From Candidatus Heimdallarchaeota archaeon (GTDB lineage Archaea; Asgardarchaeota; Heimdallarchaeia; Heimdallarchaeales; Heimdallarchaeaceae): a stretch of 21,736 nt of DNA. Positions 16,451 through 21,736 of this stretch are shown one piece after another. The stretch spans positions 1 to 21,736 of the forward strand of contig JAEOTE010000010.1 in the NCBI GenBank assembly GCA_016839945.1, read 5' to 3'. The translations under genes and the position numbers were made by a program. The notes under the pieces are model-generated. The model was given only the letters and a program-made list of their open reading frames with translations. It was not told where the DNA came from and made no database searches. Each line of letters opens with the position of its first letter. Positions within the stretch are counted from its first letter, which is position 1.

Positions 16451-17306
16451 TATCAAAAAACCAGAATGGTTAAGAATAGGAAGGATGGATAGAGAAAAAA
16501 TCCAAGAAGTTCAACAGCTTCTTCGTAAATTCAATTTACATACTGTATGTGAAGAATCAATGTGTCCAAACATTGGTAAATGTTTTGAGAAAAAAACCGC
16601 AACATTCCTTATAATGGGAGACATTTGCACAAGAAAATGTAAATTTTGTGATATAAAATTTGGAAAACCTGAACCTTTAGATTCTCATGAACCCGACCAT
16701 TTAGTTAAAGCTGCAAAAGAATTAGGATTAAAACATGTAGTAATCACATCGGTTACAAGAGACGATCTTCCTGATGGAGGAGCTGCTCATTTTGCTAAAA
16801 TTACAGAAAAGTTGCGAGAATATGATGAAAATTTAATTATAGAACTCTTAATACCAGATTTAAAGGGGAAGGAATCAGATATAAGAAAGGTTGTTGAATC
16901 TAAACCAGATATAATTAACCACAACGTCGAAGTAGTACCCAGGCTGTTTAGAAAAGTCACACCTCAAGCCAATTACGATAGATCATTAAAACTATTAAAG
17001 ATGGTTAAAGAGATGGATCCTGCAATATACACGAAATCTGGGTTGATGGTTGGCTTAGGTGAAACAAAGGATGAAGTTATTGAATTGATGAAGGATTTAA
17101 GGGAAGTTGAATGTGATATTTTAACTGTTGGACAATATCTTAAACCTCCAAGTTCTGATTTAGAAATTGAAGAATTCGTTCATCCAAGTATATTCAAAGA
17201 ATATGAAGAAAGAGCATATGAAATGGGTTTCCAATTTGTTGCTTCAGCTCCGTTTGTAAGAAGTTCATTTAACGCAGAAGAAGCAGATTTCTTGCTAGAG
17301 AATTAG
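16443..17306 (+). CDS. lipA: Lipoyl synthase LipA (radical SAM)
   Basis: KPEWL, auxiliary cluster C-x4-C-x5-C (CEESMCPNIGKC), radical-SAM CTRKCKFC, TSVTRDDLPDGGA and C-terminal RSS. Overlaps lipB by 8 nt. Confidence 0.96.
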   Translation: MPSIKKPEWLRIGRMDREKIQEVQQLLRKFNLHTVCEESMCPNIGKCFEKKTATFLIMGDICTRKCKFCDIKFGKPEPLDSHEPDHLVKAAKELGLKHVVITSVTRDDLPDGGAAHFAKITEKLREYDENLIIELLIPDLKGKESDIRKVVESKPDIINHNVEVVPRLFRKVTPQANYDRSLKLLKMVKEMDPAIYTKSGLMVGLGETKDEVIELMKDLREVECDILTVGQYLKPPSSDLEIEEFVHPSIFKEYEERAYEMGFQFVASAPFVRSSFNAEEADFLLEN

Positions 17307-17344
17307 AAATAGTAGATAGTTAGTATATTATAATAGGAAGAACT

Positions 17345-17456
17345 TGGTGGGGCATGCAAGATTCGAACTTGCGACCATCCGGTTTCTCCAAATGATTTTG
17401 GGGATTTTCAATCATGATATGAGCCGGACGCTCTAACCAGGCTGAGCTAATGCCCC
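17345..17456 (-). tRNA. tRNA with CAU anticodon, most likely tRNA-Ile2, with a 34-nt intron at 37/38 (17384-17417); CCA encoded
   Basis: Minus strand: GGGGCAT-TA-GCTC...GAGC-G-TCCGG-CTCATA[intron]A-CCGGA-TGGTC-GCAAG-TTCGAAT-CTTGC-ATGCCCC-A-CCA. It lacks initiator marks (A1-U72, three consecutive G-C anticodon-stem pairs). The GGG- start and CCGG stem match archaeal Ile2 better than elongator Met. Confidence 0.9.
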
Positions 17457-17583
17457 TTGGTCTATATGTTTTCCCTTTAATCTTTTCTTAAATCTTTCTT
17501 TTCATTCTTAACAAAAATTGGTCTAACCACAATTCTTTATTATAGATGAGTATAGCTTATTTAATTGTTATATGGTGATTTAA

Positions 17584-18522
17584 TTGGATACTAATTTCCT
17601 TAAAATTGTAGAAGATATTCAAACTTTACGCATTCAAGGTGCCACTAATATTGCTGTTGAAGGAGTCAAGGCTTTTGCTTTATTAGCTGAACGACTTGAT
17701 ACTGGATCTTTAGAACCTTTTTTTGATGAATTAGAAAAAGCAAGATATGCTTTGGCAACAGCTAGGGCAACTGAACCTGCTTTAAGAAATGGACTACGAT
17801 ATATTATATATAATCTTCATGAAAATGCTTCTACAGTTAAAGAAGCAAAAGAGATTGTTAATTCACTTTCAAATGAATATATCCAATTACTTAAAGAATC
17901 AAAGAAGAAAGTTATCTCATATGGTGCTCATCGTATTAAAGATGGTAGCACTATAATGACACATTGTCATTCTTCTCTATCTACTGGAATAATCCTTGAA
18001 GCTCATCGACAAGGCAAAGAAATTCAAGTTTTTTGTACTGAAACTCGACCCTTATACCAAGGACGAATAACTGCTAAAGAGTTAGTTGATGCAGGGATTA
18101 CAACCACACAAGTTGTTGACAGCGCTATGCGATGGGTAATAAACAGTTATAATGTAGATATAATTATAACTGGAGCAGATGCTATAACCAGCCAAGGAAC
18201 GGTTATAAATAAAATTGGAACTAGACTACTAGCTCTAGCAGCTAAAGAAATGGATGTCCCATTTTATTCTGCTATCAATCTTCTAAAGTATGACCCAGAA
18301 ACAAGCATTGGAAAGTTATCAGAAATAGAGATGAGAGCTGCATCAGAAATATGGGATAAAGCACCTGATGGATTGAATTTTCTAAATCCTGCATTTGAAA
18401 CAGTATCCCATGATTTAATTGATGGTATCATTTCAGAATCAGGAGTTTTTTCACCATCCATTGTATATTTAATCATAAAGGAAAATTATCCGTTTATGAT
18501 AATTAGTGAAGAAATGAAATAA
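17584..18522 (+). CDS. Ribose-1,5-bisphosphate isomerase (eIF2B alpha/beta/delta family)
   Basis: IQGAT.IA, ARATEPALRN, catalytic THCHS, ETRP.YQG, GADAI, NKIGT and NPAFE. TTG start with a GGTGA SD. Adjacent to RuBisCO. Confidence 0.9.
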   Translation: MDTNFLKIVEDIQTLRIQGATNIAVEGVKAFALLAERLDTGSLEPFFDELEKARYALATARATEPALRNGLRYIIYNLHENASTVKEAKEIVNSLSNEYIQLLKESKKKVISYGAHRIKDGSTIMTHCHSSLSTGIILEAHRQGKEIQVFCTETRPLYQGRITAKELVDAGITTTQVVDSAMRWVINSYNVDIIITGADAITSQGTVINKIGTRLLALAAKEMDVPFYSAINLLKYDPETSIGKLSEIEMRAASEIWDKAPDGLNFLNPAFETVSHDLIDGIISESGVFSPSIVYLIIKENYPFMIISEEMK

Positions 18523-18554
18523 ATAATCAGAATTATTACGAAAAGTGAAAAATT

Positions 18555-19805
18555 ATGACAGAACGATATAAAGAATTGCTTGTTGCTCGATATTATGTAG
18601 AGCACGTCAAAAGCGTAGATGTTGCTGCAGAAGAAATCTGTGATGAAGAATCTGTAGGAACATGGACTGATTTAAGAACAACTGAGGGAAGACCTCATGT
18701 TGCTAAACTTCGTGCAGAAGTATTAGATAAGAAAGTCTTTGCTGATCATGAAGGATATCAGAGTGGAGAGGTTACTATAGGTTTCCAAACAGAAACTTTT
18801 GACATGGAAGCTGGAATAACAAGTATATTATCCATGTTAGCTGGAAATCTATTTGGTTTAGGAGCTTTGAGAAACATCAGATGGCTTGATGTTGATTTTC
18901 CAAGAAGTATTGCTGAATACTTTCCAGGTCCAAAATTTGGTGTAGAAGGAGTTAGAAAAATAATTGGTACTGATAAAGGGGAGTTTCCAAATCGTCCTCA
19001 TGTAGGTACAATTGTAAAGCCTAAGATGGGGTTGACTGCTAAGGAATGGGCAGAAGTTTCTTATGATGCGGCTTCAGGGGGTGTTGATTTCATTAAAGAT
19101 GATGAAAATTTAAGTAACCAACCATTTTGTCCGATAGATGAAAGAACAGTCAACGTTTTGGAAAAACTTGATTTAGTTAAAGAAGAGACAGGAAGAAATG
19201 TAATTCACGCCGTTAATGTAACAGCTACTCATGATGTTATGTGGAGACGAATCGAAGAAGCTCTAGATAATGGAGCTAAGTGTTTGATGATTGATGCGGT
19301 ACTAACTGGTTATCAAGAACTTGCACAAATGGCAAGAGATCCTAGTGTTAAGGTGCCTATTCATGTTCATCGAACAATGCACGCTGCATTTACTCGAAAT
19401 CCCTTGCATGGTATTTCTATGCTTCCCATTGCAAAGATAGTTCGTATGACTGGCGGAGATCAATTACACATTGGGTCATATGGTCAAGGTAAAATGGATA
19501 CTGATTTAGACCTTGAGCTTAAACTGAAAGATGCTTTGCTCAATAACATGTACGAATTCAAAACAGTATTTCCAGTAGCTTCTGGGGGACTTTATCCTGC
19601 CAAAATTCCTAATTTAGTGAAATATGGAGGGAATAATATTGTCCTGCAAGCTGGTGGTGGAATTCATGGTCATCCTGATGGAACCCGCAAAGGAGCAATG
19701 GCTATGCGTCAAGCTCTAGATGCAACTCTAAAAGGCATATCTCTTGATGAATATGCAAAGGAACACATAGAACTTGCTAAAGCTCTTGAGAAGTGGGGAA
19801 AATAA
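18555..19805 (+). CDS. rbcL: RuBisCO large subunit, form III
   Basis: Active-site residues present: E60/T65 (EESVGTW), N123 (GNLFG), K175/K177 (GTIVKPK), K201-D203-E204 (GGVDFIKDDE), H294/R295 (HVHR), H327, K334 (GKM), SGG and GGG. No small subunit gene. Confidence 0.92.
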   Translation: MTERYKELLVARYYVEHVKSVDVAAEEICDEESVGTWTDLRTTEGRPHVAKLRAEVLDKKVFADHEGYQSGEVTIGFQTETFDMEAGITSILSMLAGNLFGLGALRNIRWLDVDFPRSIAEYFPGPKFGVEGVRKIIGTDKGEFPNRPHVGTIVKPKMGLTAKEWAEVSYDAASGGVDFIKDDENLSNQPFCPIDERTVNVLEKLDLVKEETGRNVIHAVNVTATHDVMWRRIEEALDNGAKCLMIDAVLTGYQELAQMARDPSVKVPIHVHRTMHAAFTRNPLHGISMLPIAKIVRMTGGDQLHIGSYGQGKMDTDLDLELKLKDALLNNMYEFKTVFPVASGGLYPAKIPNLVKYGGNNIVLQAGGGIHGHPDGTRKGAMAMRQALDATLKGISLDEYAKEHIELAKALEKWGK

Positions 19806-19820
19806 GAATACACTAATTCC

Positions 19821-19840
19821 CTCTTTTCAATTTATTTTTT
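19821..19840 (+). terminator. Oligo-T terminator after RuBisCO
   Basis: CTCTTTTCAATTTATTTTTT starting 16 nt after the stop codon. Confidence 0.45.
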
Positions 19841-19880
19841 AGATAAACTTTATGAATGAGAAATTAGAATAATTGAAATT

Positions 19881-20666
19881 ATGCCAGAAAACTATATTGA
19901 AGTTAATGATTTAAACATGTTTTATATTGAAAAAGGGAAGGGTCTCCCATTAATCCTTCTTCATGGAGGAATAACAACAGCTGAAGCTAATTGGTCAAAA
20001 CAAATTGAATTTTTCTCTAACCATTTCAGAGTTATAGCACTTGATAGCAGAGGTCATGGGAGAACAGACAATCCAACAGGAGAATTCAGTTATAAGCTGA
20101 TGGCGGATGATATAGTGGCTCTAATTCAAGCTTTGAATCTGGAAAAACCTTTTGTTTGCGGTTGGAGTGATGGTGGTCAAATAGCATTAGAAATCGGTAT
20201 AAACTACCCAGACTCATCAAAAGCTTTAGTTTTAGGAGGAGTTTTGAACGAAATCACTGAACACTACACTTCAGGTATGAAACACTGGGGTATAGAAGGA
20301 CCAGGGAAAGTCGATTTTGATAAAAGTAGAGAGGCAAGTCCACAATTTATAGATGCACTGTCAGATATGCATTCACCAGTATATGGTCCAGAATACTGGA
20401 AAAAACTTCTTCAGGATATTTCAAAAATGTGGTGGGATCCATTGCAATTTCCTGAGAAAAGAATTGAACAAATTGGTGTACCCACTTTAGTGATTGCTGG
20501 TGATAGAGATTCAATTATTTCTATTGAAGAGTGTGTGAAAATGTACAAATTAATTCCAAATGCGGAACTTGCAATTATTCCAAATGCGGATCACGATGTC
20601 TATGAGACAAAACCAGAATTGTTTAATGATACAGTACTGGAATTCTTGACGAGACATAAGGAATAG
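19881..20666 (+). CDS. Alpha/beta-fold hydrolase
   Basis: LLHGG oxyanion motif, DSRGHGRT, nucleophile elbow GWSDGG, GDRD (Asp) and ADH (His). Confidence 0.92.
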   Translation: MPENYIEVNDLNMFYIEKGKGLPLILLHGGITTAEANWSKQIEFFSNHFRVIALDSRGHGRTDNPTGEFSYKLMADDIVALIQALNLEKPFVCGWSDGGQIALEIGINYPDSSKALVLGGVLNEITEHYTSGMKHWGIEGPGKVDFDKSREASPQFIDALSDMHSPVYGPEYWKKLLQDISKMWWDPLQFPEKRIEQIGVPTLVIAGDRDSIISIEECVKMYKLIPNAELAIIPNADHDVYETKPELFNDTVLEFLTRHKE

Positions 20667-20673
20667 GGAGGTT

Positions 20674-21132
20674 TCAAATAATATATTCTATTACTGGAGA
20701 ATCCATTTTTAGGAGTCTAAAATATACACTTAATTGCCCTCTATGGTGAATACTGTGTTCTATCATTTCTAGAATAATTTCTTCCTTTGTCGCAGGTCTG
20801 TTAAAATCTTTTACCACAACTTGGAGAATATCTGGGGAAAGTTTTTCCAAGTAAGTTTCAGTCGTTCTTACAACAGATTCATACAACTTTTTAATTTTTT
20901 GAGCTGAAAAATATTTTTCCAAAGAATAAGGTTGAGGTTCCCATATATCTTCTGCACATCCTCTCAGGTAAAAATGAATGGATCTTATCATATGGAGAAC
21001 TATCTCTCCTAAGGGACGACTTCCGCTTATTGGTTCTTGCAATATTATCGTGTCGTCAAGCTTTTCAATAAACAAGCTCGTTTCATTCAGATGACGTAAA
21101 ATAGATTTTTTTAATGTACTTACATTCATCAT
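20674..21132 (-). CDS. DinB/YfiT-family protein
   Basis: LGEIVLHM and C-terminal EHSIHHRGQL..Y.RLL metal-binding His pattern. Start is 21132 or 21129. Confidence 0.85.
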   Translation of the reverse strand: MMNVSTLKKSILRHLNETSLFIEKLDDTIILQEPISGSRPLGEIVLHMIRSIHFYLRGCAEDIWEPQPYSLEKYFSAQKIKKLYESVVRTTETYLEKLSPDILQVVVKDFNRPATKEEIILEMIEHSIHHRGQLSVYFRLLKMDSPVIEYII

Positions 21133-21214
21133 TAATCACATTTCACTAAGCTTGTTTCTATTTCTAAATCTTTTTTGTCAAACAACTTTAGCTCTGAAAC
21201 AGAAAGATTAAAAA

Positions 21215-21228
21215 TAAAAGCTTAAACA
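21215..21228 (+). promoter_or_regulatory. BRE/TATA-like promoter of the tRNA-Gly pair
   Basis: TAAAAG-CTTAAACA, with the TATA-like core starting 25 nt upstream of the first tRNA. Confidence 0.45.
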
Positions 21229-21245
21229 ATGAATTGTAGTTATAT

Positions 21246-21320
21246 GCGCTAATAGTCTAGTGGCTATGACTTCAGCCTTCCAAGCTGAAAACCCGGGTTC
21301 AATTCCCGGTTGGCGCACCA
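21246..21320 (+). tRNA. tRNA-Gly(TCC), CCA encoded
   Basis: Acceptor GCGCTAA/TTGGCGC. Anticodon arm TCAGC-CTTCCAA-GCTGA. T arm CCGGG-TTCAATT-CCCGG. Ends in ACCA. Confidence 0.97.
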
Positions 21321-21334
21321 AATATCAATTGTAA

Positions 21335-21409
21335 GCTCGTGTAGTCTAGTTGGTAGGACTCAGCCCTGCCACGGCTGGAACCCGGGTTCGAATCCCGGCG
21401 CGTGCACCA
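21335..21409 (+). tRNA. tRNA-Gly(GCC), CCA encoded; U3.U70 mismatch
   Basis: Acceptor GCTCGTG/CGCGTGC. Anticodon arm CAGCC-CTGCCAC-GGCTG. T arm CCGGG-TTCGAAT-CCCGG. Ends in ACCA. Starts 14 nt after tRNA-Gly(TCC). Confidence 0.95.
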
Positions 21410-21736
21410 TAATTCTCTATTTAGTTTTCATTTCATAATTTTTAATGTAATTTTCAAGTATTATTTACGTATTATTTCTAAAATATCTTTTTCCAGTTAC
21501 TCTCATAATATAAAGTTTCAAGTGTGCTTATTATATGTTAGTGCTCTCCTAAGTCTAATTTACAAATGGCATTACTTCAACTTTCAAAAAATAGTTTAAA
21601 CATAAAAACTTTCACAGTGTAATACTGACGAGTCTTCTAGGTCATATTTGTTTTGTTATTTTATTTCACAATTGCATCATTGATAGAGTATGGATGATCA
21701 TTTTATCATTAATATTCCTAATGAGGAAGATGAAAA

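Noticed and set aside
15628-17345. lipB-lipA as a tRNA-integrated mobile island
   Set aside because: It abuts the tRNA-Ile2 3' end, but I found no duplicate of the tRNA 3' sequence near 15630-15745 and no integrase. HGT remains possible, but an element is not supported.
600-18476. Other nested short ORFs (600..878, 5488..5673, 12232..12426, 12282..12524, 13000..13200, 14334..14618, 18264..18476)
   Set aside because: Each lies wholly within a well-supported gene in another frame or strand and has no recognisable features.
17584-18522. Calling this gene eIF2B or methylthioribose-1-phosphate isomerase
   Set aside because: The THCHS motif, the short length and adjacency to form III RuBisCO favour R15P isomerase.
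18555-19805. RuBisCO as evidence of a Calvin cycle, or as a form IV RLP
   Set aside because: No PRK or small subunit lies nearby and the R15P isomerase is adjacent, which argues against a Calvin cycle. The catalytic residues, including H294/R295, H327 and K334, are retained, which argues against an RLP.
21402-21736. ORF 21402..21599, a possible gene start at ATG 21690 (MDDHFIINIPNEEDE...) and a possible island after tRNA-Gly
   Set aside because: The first overlaps the tRNA end and looks like AT-rich noise. The second has only 15 codons before the window edge. No att repeat or integrase is visible.

Overview
AT-rich archaeal chromosomal window, mostly housekeeping and metabolic genes. It is most likely from an Asgard archaeon; this is an inference from archaeal/eukaryote-type Spt5, SecE/Sec61gamma, uL11, Sm, eL37, ZPR1 and Nep1, plus eukaryote-leaning residues in uL11 and SecE. 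In order: partial MBL-fold hydrolase; ICMT/PEMT-family membrane methyltransferase; APH-family kinase; OYE/Fe-S flavoenzyme fused to an SCP2 domain; beta-CASP nuclease; rearranged rpl11-secE-spt5 cluster; Sm-rpl37e-tRNA-Ala; a 546-aa SNAP/TPR-like + Ig-like + coiled-coil protein; HhH-GPD glycosylase with two-subunit AcnX (probable phosphomevalonate dehydratase); ZPR1; ADP-forming acyl-CoA ligase; Nep1; bacterial-type lipB-lipA; intron-containing tRNA-Ile2(CAU); R15P isomerase with form III RuBisCO; alpha/beta hydrolase; DinB; and two tRNA-Gly. No CRISPR array, transposase or integrase was seen. Best leads: (1) the SNAP-like/Ig/26-residue-repeat coiled-coil protein; (2) the OYE-SCP2 fusion with a degenerate NAD(P)H site; (3) lipB-lipA in an archaeon; (4) probable ATA and CTG start codons; (5) eukaryote-like loss of the uL11 Pro-Pro motif. 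All family calls come from motif recognition by eye; no searches were run.
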